Assembly (NCBI GenBank): GCA_963804645.1
Contig: CAWDRG010000011.1
Span: 160,001-224,000, forward strand
Length of the DNA: 64,000 nt
From: an uncultured Bacillota bacterium
GTDB taxonomy: Bacteria; Sysuimicrobiota; Sysuimicrobiia; Sysuimicrobiales; Segetimicrobiaceae
Direction: 5' to 3'
Each line of letters begins with the position of its first letter. Position 1 is the first letter of the stretch. The translations under genes were made by a program, and so were the position numbers. The notes under the pieces were generated by a model. That model was not told the origin of the DNA, made no database searches, and saw only the letters and a program-made list of their open reading frames with translations. Positions 11,470 to 21,915 of the stretch are shown one piece after another.

Positions 11470-12228
11470 TCAGAGCGCGAGCTGGCCGCCGTCGACGATC
11501 ACGTTGGCCCCGACCATGAAGCTGCCCTCGTCGGACGCGAGCAGCACCGCCGCTCCGGCGACCTCGTCCGGCTGCCCGACTCGGGCGAGCGGCACCGGAT
11601 CGGTCCTCGACGCGCGAAACACCGGGTCTTGAAGGCGCTCCCGATTGATGTCGGTCTCGAACGCGCCGGGCGAGATCGCGTTCACCCGAATCCCGAGCGG
11701 CGCCAGCTCGACCGCCATGCACCGCGTGAGGGCGATCACGCCGCCTTTGAGCGCGCAGTAGTGGGCCTGGTTCGGCGTCGCGACGACCCCGCTGATCGAT
11801 GCGATGTTGATGATGGCCCCTCGGGCCCCGCGGCGTACCATCTCCCTCGCCACCCACCGGCTCGTCACGAAGTACCCGCGCAGGTTCACCCGGTAGAGCC
11901 GGTCCCAATCGTCCAGCGACAGCTCGAGCACCGGACCCCGCGCGAGCACCGCGGCCGCGTTCACCAGCACGTCAATCGGCCCGAGGGTCGCGGCGAGACG
12001 CTCGAGCGCCGCCGCGGTGCCGTTGGGATCGGCAACGTCCGCCTCCACGCCCGCCCCGCGCCGGCCCAGGCTGGTGACGGCCGCGACGGTGTCATCGGAG
12101 GCGCGGATGTCGAGCACGCCCACATCCGCGCCCTCGCGCGCGAACGCGAGGGCGATCGCCCGGCCGAGGCCGTTCCGTGCGGCCCCCGTGATCGCGGCCA
12201 CCTTGCCGGACAATCGCATCGTTCCCAT
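11470..12228 (-). CDS. SDR-family oxidoreductase
   Basis: TGAARNGLG, VNAA, YCALK catalytic motif, RVNAISPG and VDGG. Confidence 0.92.
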   Translation of the reverse strand: MGTMRLSGKVAAITGAARNGLGRAIALAFAREGADVGVLDIRASDDTVAAVTSLGRRGAGVEADVADPNGTAAALERLAATLGPIDVLVNAAAVLARGPVLELSLDDWDRLYRVNLRGYFVTSRWVAREMVRRGARGAIINIASISGVVATPNQAHYCALKGGVIALTRCMAVELAPLGIRVNAISPGAFETDINRERLQDPVFRASRTDPVPLARVGQPDEVAGAAVLLASDEGSFMVGANVIVDGGQLAL

Positions 12229-12268
12229 CCCGGTCTCCCCCGGCGGCATGCGTGCCGACCCGTCGGTC

Positions 12269-13708
12269 CTAGTGCGGACTGGCCGCCCACGGCGCCACGA
12301 GGTCGGGCGGCGCCCACGGCGGGACCGACGGCTCGCGGTCGCCCTTCGCCGCCGGCAGCGGTGCCGGCGCGCGTCCGGCCAGGTTCGCCGCCCGGCCGGA
12401 CGTGAACGCCGCGATCCTCGGCAGCGCGGCGCGCACCAACGAGTAGTGTTCCAGCGGACCGAGGTCCACCTGCTCGGTGAACCGGTCGGTCAGCTCCGGG
12501 ACCCCGGCGCCGCCGTTGATGGGTTCACCCAGCATGCTGGCCGTCAAGTTGATCCCGTCCCCCATGCCGTACGAGAACGCGGCCTCCGGCAGTCGTCCGG
12601 TCACCCCGGCCTGCGTGCCCGGGCTCTCCCGCGTCGGCCGGCGGGATCCGTAGAAGGCGTAGACGCGGATGCCCGGGGGGAGCGGCTGCGCGTTCAAGCG
12701 CTCGAGTTCCACGTTCTCGGCGCCCTTGGGGATCTCCCACGGCGCGCCGGGCGCCGGGCGCCAAAACGGGAAGGTCGGGAGGAAGCTGCGCGCCGCGGGG
12801 GTCCGCGCCAGCTTCGCCACCGGATACCAGGCGTAGATGTACGACATCACGGATCCTTCGTTCGGGACCGCGATCAGAAACAGGGCGTTGGTGATGCGCT
12901 TCCAACTCGGATCGAAGGCGGCGTCCCAGCGGGCAGGCAGCCCGCCGGCGCTGTACCCGACCACGTTGAAGCGGGACGCGTAGGCCGTCGGGAGCACCAC
13001 GTCGCGGACGTAGGCCGCCAGCAGGTGCGCGGTGTCCTCAAGGCCGAGGCGCCGGGACGCGTACGTGAACCAAAACAAGTTCGGTGACGGTCCGGTGTCG
13101 GTGTAGCCCCATCGCCGGAAAATGCTCAGCACGTGCTGCTGCTTCCCCCAGATTTCGTTGAGATAGCCGGGCACGAGCACGGTCGGCAGCAGGAGCAGTC
13201 CGGTCTGTCGAGCCGCGGCGGTCTCGGCACCCTGCCGGACCATAATCTCGAGCGTCACCGGGGTATTTTCGCCGGGAGGGGGAATCGGGGGAAAGTCCGC
13301 CGTGACCACGCCGCCGATGCGGCTCTGCCCGCCCGCGAGGTCGAGCACGACCGAAAAATGGTCCATGGGGCCGGCAAACGCGGTCGTCGGCTGCTCGATG
13401 GTCGCCCCGTCCACCGCGGCGGTCGCGCCGATCGTCTCCGGGAGGCCGGGCTGGAGCCCGGCGATCGACACGCCGAAGGAGACGCGGCCGGGGCCGATCC
13501 GCTCGAGACTGGCAATGTGGACGGCGAGGGGGATGGTCGCCTGTCCGGACGATGCTAGGAGCGACGCGAACAGCGCCGCGCAGGCTGCGGCGGCTCCGAT
13601 CTTCCACGCCGTCCGGCGTGCCGATCGACGGGCGCATGCCCGCGCACCCCGCGCCGCGCCGTCGGCGCTGCGCCGATACCAGATCGTATTCTCGTCGCCC
13701 CCGCTCAT
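12269..13708 (-). CDS. Secreted alpha/beta-hydrolase (lipase/acyltransferase-like) with N-terminal beta-rich domain
   Basis: Hydrophobic signal, LVPGY oxyanion segment, GYSAGG nucleophile elbow, PNEGS, GDG and late His (LEH). Start uncertain. Confidence 0.75.
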   Translation of the reverse strand: MSGGDENTIWYRRSADGAARGARACARRSARRTAWKIGAAAACAALFASLLASSGQATIPLAVHIASLERIGPGRVSFGVSIAGLQPGLPETIGATAAVDGATIEQPTTAFAGPMDHFSVVLDLAGGQSRIGGVVTADFPPIPPPGENTPVTLEIMVRQGAETAAARQTGLLLLPTVLVPGYLNEIWGKQQHVLSIFRRWGYTDTGPSPNLFWFTYASRRLGLEDTAHLLAAYVRDVVLPTAYASRFNVVGYSAGGLPARWDAAFDPSWKRITNALFLIAVPNEGSVMSYIYAWYPVAKLARTPAARSFLPTFPFWRPAPGAPWEIPKGAENVELERLNAQPLPPGIRVYAFYGSRRPTRESPGTQAGVTGRLPEAAFSYGMGDGINLTASMLGEPINGGAGVPELTDRFTEQVDLGPLEHYSLVRAALPRIAAFTSGRAANLAGRAPAPLPAAKGDREPSVPPWAPPDLVAPWAASPH

Positions 13709-13842
13709 CCGCACGCTGACGTCTCCAGATACGGCGGCGGCCGCTGCGCGATGCCGCGCGGTCATCCGCCCAAGAAAATCTTTGCCCATCTCGCGGGGCC
13801 GTCACACCACCCCATCGTCCCGCGGCGTCCCGTCTCCACCCC

Positions 13843-13872
13843 ATTGTAGTCCGCGCGACGCCGCCACCTCAA
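13843..13872 (-). promoter_or_regulatory. Possible sigma70 promoter for the hydrolase gene
   Basis: Minus strand TTGAGG-N18-TACAAT. Confidence 0.4.
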
Positions 13873-13963
13873 GCCTCGGGCCGGCCCGCCCGTGCGGTCA
13901 CGCGCGGGAGCCGCGCTCCAGAGCAGGACGCCTCCACGTGGTGCGTCGAACCAACGGAGCCAC

Positions 13964-14905
13964 ATGCGTTCCTACCTCCTGCGCCGGACGCTCCTGATCG
14001 TCCCGCTCATCTGGGGTGTCGTCACGCTCGTGTTCATCGTTGTCCATCTGCTGCCCGGCGACCCCGCAGCCGTGCTGCTCGGCCCGTTTGCGACCAGCGA
14101 TCGTGAGGTCGGACTGCGGCACATGTGGGGGCTCGATCAGCCCCTGATCACGCAGTACGTGCGCTACATGGAGAACGTCATCCAGGGCCAGTTCGGCACG
14201 TCGTTCCTGACGGGGGTGCCGGCCTCGACGCAGATCGCCGGCCTGCTGCCGTACACGATCGTGCTCGGCCTCGCCGCGCTCGTGATCGCGATCGGCGTGG
14301 GGATTCCGCTCGGGGTCGTCGCCGCGGTCCGGAACAACACCCCGAGCGACCACATGTCGTTGATCCTCTCGCTGGTGCTCGTCTCCGCGCCCAACTTCCT
14401 GGTCGGGATCGTGCTCCTGCTCGTCTTCTCCGGCCGGCTCGGCTGGCTGCCGCCGATCGGGGGCGGGACGTTCACACAGCCCGTGACGATCCTCACCCAT
14501 ACCATCCTGCCCTCGGTCGCGCTCGCGGCCGGGCTGCTCGCCTACCTCACCCGCATCACCCGGACGAGCCTCCTGTCGGCGCTGCGCGATGACTTCGTGC
14601 GGACCGCCCGCGCGAAGGGACTCGGCCGGAACGCGGTCGTCTTCCGGCACGCCTTCCGGAACGCGCTGCTGCCGATCCTGAGCATCCTCGGCCTCGCCGC
14701 CGGCGAGCTGGTCGGCGGCGCCGTGGTCATCGAGACCGTCTTCGCGCGGCCCGGCATCGGCAGCCTGCTCGTCAACTCTGTCACCGGCCGCGACTACGTG
14801 CAGGTGCAGGCCTGCGTGATCGTGCTGGCCGTCTCCTTCGTCCTGATGAATTTGGTCACCGACCTCTGCTACGCAGCGGTCGATCCCCGGATCCAGTACC
14901 GTTAG
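13964..14905 (+). CDS. Peptide/nickel ABC transporter permease (DppB/OppB type)
   Basis: LLPGDPA, GLDQPLITQY, DFVRTARAKGL, HAFRNA and IETVFARPGIG. Confidence 0.95.
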   Translation: MRSYLLRRTLLIVPLIWGVVTLVFIVVHLLPGDPAAVLLGPFATSDREVGLRHMWGLDQPLITQYVRYMENVIQGQFGTSFLTGVPASTQIAGLLPYTIVLGLAALVIAIGVGIPLGVVAAVRNNTPSDHMSLILSLVLVSAPNFLVGIVLLLVFSGRLGWLPPIGGGTFTQPVTILTHTILPSVALAAGLLAYLTRITRTSLLSALRDDFVRTARAKGLGRNAVVFRHAFRNALLPILSILGLAAGELVGGAVVIETVFARPGIGSLLVNSVTGRDYVQVQACVIVLAVSFVLMNLVTDLCYAAVDPRIQYR

Positions 14906-14916
14906 AGGCCGGTGAC

Positions 14917-15819
14917 ATGGCGCACGCGCACGCTCCCGTCGCTGCCGGCAGGCCCGCGGGGATCGCCCGGCCCCGCTGGCGCGGCTTCGCTCGGGTGCTC
15001 CGGCGCAACCTCCCGGCGCTGCTGTCGTTCGGATTCATCACCCTCCTGTTCATCGTCGCGGCCTTCGCGCCGCTGATCGCCCCGTACAACCCGTCCGTGG
15101 TCTCCGCCGCGGCGTCGTTCACCCCGCCGAACTGGCACCACCCGTTTGGCACGGATCTGTTCGGCCGGGACATCTTTTCCCGGGTCATCTACGGCACCCG
15201 GCTCTCCCTGCTGGTCGGCGTCGTCGCGGTCGCCATCGGCGCCACCGGCGGCTCGCTGCTGGGAATGCTGGCCGGCGTGAGCGCGCGCGGGATCGAACAG
15301 ACGATCATGCGGGCGATCGACGTGGCGCTGGCCTTTCCGCTGATCCTGCTGGCGATCTTGATTCTGGGGTTTTTTGGGTCGGGCGTCCAAAACGTGATGG
15401 TCGCGGTCGGCATCGCCTATCTGCCCCGCTTCGCGCGCATCACGCACGCGTCGACCTTGTCCCTGCGGGAGATGGAGTACGTGGACGCGGCCCGGGCGAG
15501 CGGCGCCGACACCGGACGCGTGATCCTCCGGCACATCCTGCCCAATCTGCTGCAGGTGCTCGCGGTCTACGTCACGTTTTCCATCCCGGTCGCGATCTTG
15601 ATCGAGGCCGGGCTCGACTATCTGGGGGTCGGCGTCCTGCCGCCGACCCCCACGTGGGGCGCGATCATCAACGAGGGGCGCCAGTCGCTCCTGCTGGCGC
15701 CGTGGGAGTCGGTGCTCCCCGGGCTCGTGATCATGTGCGCCGTGCTGGCCTTCAACCTCTTCGGCGAAGCGGTCGCGAACTTCCTCGACCCGAAGGCGAC
15801 GATCGGCCTCAACGGCTGA
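14917..15819 (+). CDS. Peptide/nickel ABC transporter permease (DppC/OppC type)
   Basis: HPFGTDLFGRDIFSR, EYVDAARASGA, HILPN and PTWG. Confidence 0.95.
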   Translation: MAHAHAPVAAGRPAGIARPRWRGFARVLRRNLPALLSFGFITLLFIVAAFAPLIAPYNPSVVSAAASFTPPNWHHPFGTDLFGRDIFSRVIYGTRLSLLVGVVAVAIGATGGSLLGMLAGVSARGIEQTIMRAIDVALAFPLILLAILILGFFGSGVQNVMVAVGIAYLPRFARITHASTLSLREMEYVDAARASGADTGRVILRHILPNLLQVLAVYVTFSIPVAILIEAGLDYLGVGVLPPTPTWGAIINEGRQSLLLAPWESVLPGLVIMCAVLAFNLFGEAVANFLDPKATIGLNG

Positions 15820-15837
15820 CCGGAGCCCCCGGCGCGG

Positions 15838-17406
15838 CTACTTGGAGAAGGTCACCTGCGAGAGCGGGTCGCCGCCGAACAGCACGAACGGCTCGTAGTT
15901 CTGGACCCGCGGGCTGACGAGCCACGTTTCCTTCAACACGTAGTACTCGACCGCCGGCACGTCGGCGGTAAGCCGCTGCTGAATCTGCTTCAACACCTGG
16001 TCCCGCGCCGCCGGGGTCGCCGCTGAGCGCTGCGCGTCGTAGAGCTTGTCGATTCCGGTGTACCGCGCGATGTTGAGCCCGGCCGGCGGATTCCCGGCGC
16101 CGATGAACGTGAGCGAGAACAGTCCGTCCGGGTCCGGAGACACCGCCGTCCCGATGACCGACGCGGGCGTCGTCGCCTTGATCCGCTCCTGGACGAGCGT
16201 GCCGCGCTCGAGCGGCCTCGGCTCCATGTTGATGCCGAACTGGGCGAGGTTGGCCGCGAGGAACTGCGCGGCGTTGATGTCGAGCGTATCATTGTACGTG
16301 GTGAAGAAGCCGTTGATCGGCAGCTTCACGCCCGATTCGCGGAGGAGCTGCCGCGCCTTCGCCGGATCGTAGGTGTTCTGCACGTTCACCGACGGGTCGA
16401 ACCCGGTCATCCCCGGCATCATGATGCCGGAGTACCCGGCGGTGCCGTAGCCGCGGAGGACCGCGGACACGAGGCCCGGATAGTCGATCGCGTACAGCAT
16501 CGCCTGGCGGACCTTGACGTTGTCGAACGGCTTGACGGTCGTGTTGATCTCAAGATAGTCCGTCCGCAGCGCGGTCTTCGCGATCACGACCACCCCGGGG
16601 GTGTTCTGATACTCGATCGCGATGATCGGGTCATTCGTGTTGACGATGTCGACCGCCCCCGCCTTGACGGCCAGCGCGGCCGTCTGGCTGTCGGCGATCA
16701 CCTTGAAATCGATCTGATCGATCGCCGGCTTGGACCCCCAGTAATCGGGGCTTCGGGCGAGCACGACGTCCTGGGTTGGCGTCAGCGACTTCAGCATGTA
16801 CGGGCCGCTGCCGATCGGGGTCTTCTCGTAGCCCGCTCGGCCGAGCTTGTCCCAGGCCGCCTTCGACATCACCCAGCCGGTCGAGGGCTCGACGTTTGCG
16901 ACGTTCCAGATGAACCCCAAGAACGGCGTCGCGAGGTGGAAGACCGCGGTGTAGGGATCCGGACACGAGACGCTGTCGACCGCCGCGGCCTGCGTCTTCC
17001 AGAACGATCCGTTGGCGGGATTCTTGTTGAAATCCCATGTGAAGGCGACGTCGGCGCACGTCAACTCGCCGTAGCCCCCCTGCCACTTCACGCCCTTGTG
17101 CAGCACGAACGTCCAGGTCTTGCCGTCGGGGCTAACCGTCCACGACGTGGCGAGGGCGGGACCGATCTTCCACGACTTGGCGTCCGCCTGCACCAGGGAG
17201 TCGTAGATCGAGTTCATGATGTTCGTATCTTCCCCGGTGGTCGTAAACGCCGGGATCTTGCTGGTCCCGGTCGAGATCTGCGCGTAGACCAGCGTGTTGG
17301 GGTCGGCGGCTCCCGCCGGCACCCCCGCCAGGACGGTCGCCACGAGACACGCGAGCGCGAGCACCAGCAGGGTCGAGCGGAACGCGGTCGCCGGGTGACG
17401 TCGCAT
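15838..17406 (-). CDS. ABC substrate-binding protein, family 5 (peptide/opine/nickel)
   Basis: Signal peptide, PALATSWTVSPDGKTWTF.L..GVKW, PIGSGPY and PFDNVKVRQA. Confidence 0.93.
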   Translation of the reverse strand: MRRHPATAFRSTLLVLALACLVATVLAGVPAGAADPNTLVYAQISTGTSKIPAFTTTGEDTNIMNSIYDSLVQADAKSWKIGPALATSWTVSPDGKTWTFVLHKGVKWQGGYGELTCADVAFTWDFNKNPANGSFWKTQAAAVDSVSCPDPYTAVFHLATPFLGFIWNVANVEPSTGWVMSKAAWDKLGRAGYEKTPIGSGPYMLKSLTPTQDVVLARSPDYWGSKPAIDQIDFKVIADSQTAALAVKAGAVDIVNTNDPIIAIEYQNTPGVVVIAKTALRTDYLEINTTVKPFDNVKVRQAMLYAIDYPGLVSAVLRGYGTAGYSGIMMPGMTGFDPSVNVQNTYDPAKARQLLRESGVKLPINGFFTTYNDTLDINAAQFLAANLAQFGINMEPRPLERGTLVQERIKATTPASVIGTAVSPDPDGLFSLTFIGAGNPPAGLNIARYTGIDKLYDAQRSAATPAARDQVLKQIQQRLTADVPAVEYYVLKETWLVSPRVQNYEPFVLFGGDPLSQVTFSK

Positions 17407-17517
17407 CGTTGCTCTGCCTCCCTTTCCGGATTGACGCATCGAGATCATCGTGGACCACTCACGCCGAGTTGGCCGATCCGCGTCCGCGCGGCCTCGCGCA
17501 GACGCGGCTTGCCCTCC

Positions 17518-17545
17518 AGTATACCTGCGCCGGTACGCCTTTCAA
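17518..17545 (-). promoter_or_regulatory. sigma70-type promoter of the substrate-binding protein gene
   Basis: Minus strand TTGAAA-N16-TATACT, about 110 bp upstream of the ATG. Confidence 0.6.
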
Positions 17546-17641
17546 AGGGCAAACGCCGGCGGCCGCCCGGAGCGGAACCAGCCGGCGCGGCGGTCCGCTC
17601 CGGCTGGTCGGCGATCTGTCGGGCGCGGTGGGCCGGCACCC

Positions 17642-19072
17642 TTAGGACACGTCCCGGTCCGACTTCCCGCCGAGATCGAGGCGGGACGACACGCTGCCCG
17701 GCGGGAGCTGCGCGGCCAGGACGTCCGGGCTCTGGATCGCACGGGGGATCTCGTCCACCGGGTCCAACTCGGCGATCGCCTCCGTGTCGAACGCCCCCAA
17801 CTCCGAGAACCGTCGGGCCGTGACGAGCACGCGGTTCTCGAGCGCGCCGATCACGCCGTTGTACGTGTGGACGGTGCTGCGCAGCTCGTGCCCCAGCCGG
17901 TTGATGTGTCCCGCGAGCTTCGCGATGCGGTCGTGGAGCTCACGGCCCAAGGCGCTGATACGCCGGGCGTTGTCCGCGACCTGCTCCTGCTGCCACCCAT
18001 GCGCGACCGCCTTGAGGAGCACGATCAGGGTCGCGGGGCTGGCGAGAAACACCCCGGACTGGGCCGCATCTTCCACCAGCGAGGGGTCCAGCCGCAGCGC
18101 CGTGAGATAGAGCGGCTCCGGGAGGAACATGACGACCAGCTCGGGCGTCTGCGCGAACTGCTCCCAGTAGCTCTTCGCGCTGAGCATGCGCATGTGCTCC
18201 CGCACCTCGCGCGCGCTCTCCTGGAGCTGCAGCTCTCGGGCGGCGTCGTCCTCGATCACCATCGCCTGCAGGTACGACGTCAGCGGGGCCTTGCCGTCGA
18301 TCGCGACGTACCGCTCCCCGGGGAGGCGCACGACGACGTCCGGCCGGAAGCGCTCTCTCGGCGTGCCGCCGAGGGTCGGCTGCACTTGGAAGTCCGAGTA
18401 TTCCAGCATGCCGGCGAGCTCGATGACGCGCCGCAGCTGGAGCTCGCCCCACTGCCCCTGCACCGGCGTCGCGCGGAACGCACCGGCCAGCTTCGCCGTT
18501 TCGCGCCGCAGGCCGTCCTGGCTTTCGAGCAGCCCGCGCACCTGATCGCTCAGGTCGTGATACGCGCCCGCGCGTGCCTCTTCGATCGCACGCACCGCCT
18601 CGTTGAACGACTGCAGAGTCTGCTGGATGGGCTGGACGAGCTGCTCGACCGCGGCCTGCTTCGCCTCCAAATCGGACGAGCCGTGCGCCTGCACTTCGCC
18701 CAGCTTCGCCGTGGCCAGCTCGAGGAACGCCGTCTGATTCTGCCGCAGCGCGTCCGCGGACAGGGCCTTGAACGCCTCCCCCAACTGCGTCTGCGCCTGC
18801 TCGAGGAGCGCGGTCTTGCCCTGGGTGAGGAGCGCCAGCTTCTCTTCGACGCTCCGGTGTTCGTGTTCCAGCGCCGTCTTCAGCGATGCCATCTCGACGT
18901 CGCGCTGCGTGAGCGCGATCGACTTGGCACGCATCTCCGTCTGTTCCTGTTCCAGCATCGATTGGGTGCGCGCGACCTGCTCCTTGAGCGCCATCAGCTG
19001 AGTCCGCTGCAGATACCACATCCCTCCGGCTCCCACACCGAGCCCGATCAGCGCGGCCAAGATGATAAACAC
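17642..19072 (-). CDS. rmuC: DNA recombination protein RmuC
   Basis: N-terminal TM, long coiled coil, GQWGELQLRRVIELAG, RPDVVVRLPG...IDGKAPL and VVMFLP. Confidence 0.93.
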   Translation of the reverse strand: MFIILAALIGLGVGAGGMWYLQRTQLMALKEQVARTQSMLEQEQTEMRAKSIALTQRDVEMASLKTALEHEHRSVEEKLALLTQGKTALLEQAQTQLGEAFKALSADALRQNQTAFLELATAKLGEVQAHGSSDLEAKQAAVEQLVQPIQQTLQSFNEAVRAIEEARAGAYHDLSDQVRGLLESQDGLRRETAKLAGAFRATPVQGQWGELQLRRVIELAGMLEYSDFQVQPTLGGTPRERFRPDVVVRLPGERYVAIDGKAPLTSYLQAMVIEDDAARELQLQESAREVREHMRMLSAKSYWEQFAQTPELVVMFLPEPLYLTALRLDPSLVEDAAQSGVFLASPATLIVLLKAVAHGWQQEQVADNARRISALGRELHDRIAKLAGHINRLGHELRSTVHTYNGVIGALENRVLVTARRFSELGAFDTEAIAELDPVDEIPRAIQSPDVLAAQLPPGSVSSRLDLGGKSDRDVS

Positions 19073-19355
19073 ACGTCACCCCCCCTGTGTTGACTCCGTC
19101 ACGCGGCCCGTTCGGTTCGGCCGTTCGCCCCCGACCCGGCCTCAACCCCGGTCGGGGGGACCCAGAACTTCCCCATTGCCCCCGCCGCTCCCTGTCTCGT
19201 CGAGGCGCCCGAGGACGCCCCTCCGGGGCCGGGGGGCGGGTGCACGAGGGCCCCACGCGGGGGGCTCGGGGAACGGCGAAGCTAGGGCAACCGGGACCGG
19301 ATCCGCGGCGCCCACCGCCCGCGCGATGCGCGCGGGGGACGCTGGCACAGCCGTG

Positions 19356-20576
19356 TCATCCGGCGACCGGATCGGCGAGCAGGGCGTCGGCCCGCTCGAG
19401 CAGCTCCGCGGTCCGCGACCCGAGCCGTGCCGCAGCGCTTCCCGCGTGCGCGCGCGCCTGGTCCAGCAGGTCGGCCTCCCAGGCCGCCCAGTGCCGGCGC
19501 ACCACGACGCTGCGCGCCTCGGGCTGCGCCTCCACCCACTCTTCCATGCGCTTCAGCCGCCACCACGCGGACGCGGCCGCGTAGTGCCCTTCCCCTATGG
19601 TCAGCGGTGCCGGCAGCGGCACGCCGACCGGAATCGGAAGAAACGCGGTCGTACACGGCGTCGTCATGGCGCACCACGCGATCACGGGGTCGCCGGAACA
19701 CGCGTTCAGCTCCACCACCATGCTCGCCGCCGTCGCGGTCGGATTTTGGCCGGGATGGATGCACACCGAGGGCCGTCCGGCTCCGTTCGGGTGGGGAATG
19801 CGCCCCGTCGCGATGTGGTCACGCAGATGCCGCATCGCTCCCGAGACATCCACGGCGACGGTCCGGTCGAGGTACCGGCAGCTCTGCGCGAAACGGCCCT
19901 CGGCGCCCGCCCGGCGGGCCGGATCCTCGAACGCGGCGCGGAAATCGAGCTTCGTGCCCACGGGCGCGGTCCACCACCCGCGGTCCCTGGCGTACGCCTC
20001 GATGCCGTCGGAGCACTCGTCCCAGTCGTCCCCGATCGTGGCGAGGTTGGAGATCGCCGCGGCGCGGGCCATCCGCTTCGCCACCCAGTGGCGCCGTGAG
20101 GTCTCGAGCACCCAGGCGCCGGCGCGGTCGACGATCATGAAGCTGTTGTGGTAGCGCCGGTCCTGATCCACGGCCGCGCTCCCGCCCTGCCCGTGCTCGT
20201 CGAGCAGGGCCGTCATCACGTCCTTGGCGGTCGCCGCGTCCCGTGCCCGCTCCAGCGCGAGCCGGACGAGGTCCATGCCGAGCAGACCGGTCGCGTCGAC
20301 GTCGTCGCGCGTGAAGAGCGCCGTGTTGCCGATGGCGACGCCGGCTTCGTTCACCCCGTGCTCGAACCCCCACAGCCACCACGGGCGGCTGCCGAGGACC
20401 GCCAGGGTGTGCGGCGCCTGATCGATCTCGAGGTACTGACACCGCACGGTCGACCCCGGATCGTAGGACCGGTGCGGCGCATGATACAGCGGCTGGCACT
20501 CAAAGGCGGGGCGGTCGCTGTTCTTGGCGAAAATCGTCCCGCGCTCGTTCCGAGCGGCTATCACGTCACAGCCCAT
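19356..20576 (-). CDS. C69-family dipeptidase / secernin-like Ntn hydrolase
   Basis: N-terminal MGCD nucleophile, FAKNSDR, WGFEHGVNEAGVAIGN and GMDLVRLALER. Confidence 0.9.
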   Translation of the reverse strand: MGCDVIAARNERGTIFAKNSDRPAFECQPLYHAPHRSYDPGSTVRCQYLEIDQAPHTLAVLGSRPWWLWGFEHGVNEAGVAIGNTALFTRDDVDATGLLGMDLVRLALERARDAATAKDVMTALLDEHGQGGSAAVDQDRRYHNSFMIVDRAGAWVLETSRRHWVAKRMARAAAISNLATIGDDWDECSDGIEAYARDRGWWTAPVGTKLDFRAAFEDPARRAGAEGRFAQSCRYLDRTVAVDVSGAMRHLRDHIATGRIPHPNGAGRPSVCIHPGQNPTATAASMVVELNACSGDPVIAWCAMTTPCTTAFLPIPVGVPLPAPLTIGEGHYAAASAWWRLKRMEEWVEAQPEARSVVVRRHWAAWEADLLDQARAHAGSAAARLGSRTAELLERADALLADPVAG

Positions 20577-20705
20577 CGACGCTCCCCCGATCCACGCTGT
20601 CCCGGTCCCGCCGGGGCCGGGCGCGGTCTCTGGTGACGCCGCTCTTCCCCGACACGGACCCGCTCCCCTGCCGCCGCGCCCCAGCGCACGAGCACGGCGC
20701 GCGGG

Positions 20706-21881
20706 TCACACGTACGGGACCACACCCCGTCCGGCACCCGTCGAGAATCGCGTCGGGGCAAACAGCGCGATGTCGTGCCGCGTCTCCCCGGACATCGCGA
20801 GGTCCGCCAAGATCTCCCCGACGACGCTCGCGAACTTGAACCCGTGCCCCGAGAATCCGGCGGCCACGGCGCATTGGGGCGCAGCCGGATGCGTCCCGAT
20901 CACAAAATTGAGGTCAGGGGTGTTCGTGTACAGGCAGGTCTTCGCGGCGATGCAGGGCCCGGCGAGCGTCGGCAGGCACTGCGCGAGATGCGCCCGCATC
21001 TGCTCGATCTCGGCGTCACCCACGCGCCGGTCGATCGTCTCGGGTGTGCACGGGCTCATCACCAGCGAGAACGCGACTTTCGCGCCGCCGCGCGGGCCGT
21101 CGTGGGCGGGAAATCCGTAGAAGCGTTCGCCGCCGTGAGGAATGCACACGTGGATCGGGAAGCGGTCCGGGAGAAACGGCGTCGTGCCCCCGACCGGGTC
21201 AAACCAAAACATCACCACGCGCGCGATCGCGAACGGGAGCTCCAACCGGGCCGCGGCGCCGAGGACCCAGGCGCCGGGCGTGAGGACGAGGCGCGCGGCC
21301 TCGTAGACGCCCGCCGGGGTCACGACGCGGACGCGATCGCCGGACGGCAGCGCCTCCCACCGCAGGACAGGCTCGTTGAACCGAAGGTCCGCCCCGTGCC
21401 GGGCGGCCTGACCGAGGGACGCGCGGACCGCCGCTTCGGGATGGAGGAACCCCGCGCCCGGCTCGTAGACCCCGACCATGTCGGGGGTCGGCGCGAACGG
21501 CGGAAACCGGCGGCGGATCTCACCGGGATCCAGCTGCTCGTGCGCGATGCCAAACTCCTCGGCGCTGCGCAGCCCGCCCTCGATGACGCTGTGGTCCGGG
21601 CGCCCCATCGCCAGCCCGCCGGTGATGGTCAGCAGCGACTCTCCGCTCTGGCGTTCAAGCTGCCGCCACAGCTCAAACGCGCGGTGCAGGAGCCGCACGT
21701 ACCCCCGTTCTTTGTACAGCGTCATCCGGATGATGCGCGATCCGCCGTGGCTCGATCCGCGGTCGTGGGCCTCGGTGTACTGTTCGAGCCCCAAGACGCG
21801 CTGGCCCCGCGCCGCGAGCTGGTGCGCGGCGGCGCTGCCCATCGCGCCGAGCCCGGCGACGATCACATCGAACGTGGCCAT
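20706..21881 (-). CDS. N-methyl-amino-acid oxidase (monomeric sarcosine oxidase / SolA family)
   Basis: GLGAMG, GSSHGGSRIIR, flavinylation Cys in TCLYTNTPD, GFSGHGFKF. Confidence 0.92.
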   Translation of the reverse strand: MATFDVIVAGLGAMGSAAAHQLAARGQRVLGLEQYTEAHDRGSSHGGSRIIRMTLYKERGYVRLLHRAFELWRQLERQSGESLLTITGGLAMGRPDHSVIEGGLRSAEEFGIAHEQLDPGEIRRRFPPFAPTPDMVGVYEPGAGFLHPEAAVRASLGQAARHGADLRFNEPVLRWEALPSGDRVRVVTPAGVYEAARLVLTPGAWVLGAAARLELPFAIARVVMFWFDPVGGTTPFLPDRFPIHVCIPHGGERFYGFPAHDGPRGGAKVAFSLVMSPCTPETIDRRVGDAEIEQMRAHLAQCLPTLAGPCIAAKTCLYTNTPDLNFVIGTHPAAPQCAVAAGFSGHGFKFASVVGEILADLAMSGETRHDIALFAPTRFSTGAGRGVVPYV

Positions 21882-21915
21882 CCGCATCCCTCCATGCCGC
21901 GCCGCGCGGCGCCCC

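Noticed and set aside
17642..19072. rmuC as a sign of a mobile or defence element
   Set aside because: Common chromosomal gene, with no integrase, transposase, att-like repeats or defence partners nearby.
19120..19170. c-di-AMP riboswitch (CGGGGGGACCCA) near rmuC
   Set aside because: Explained by a simple inverted repeat, on the wrong strand for rmuC, and other consensus blocks are absent.
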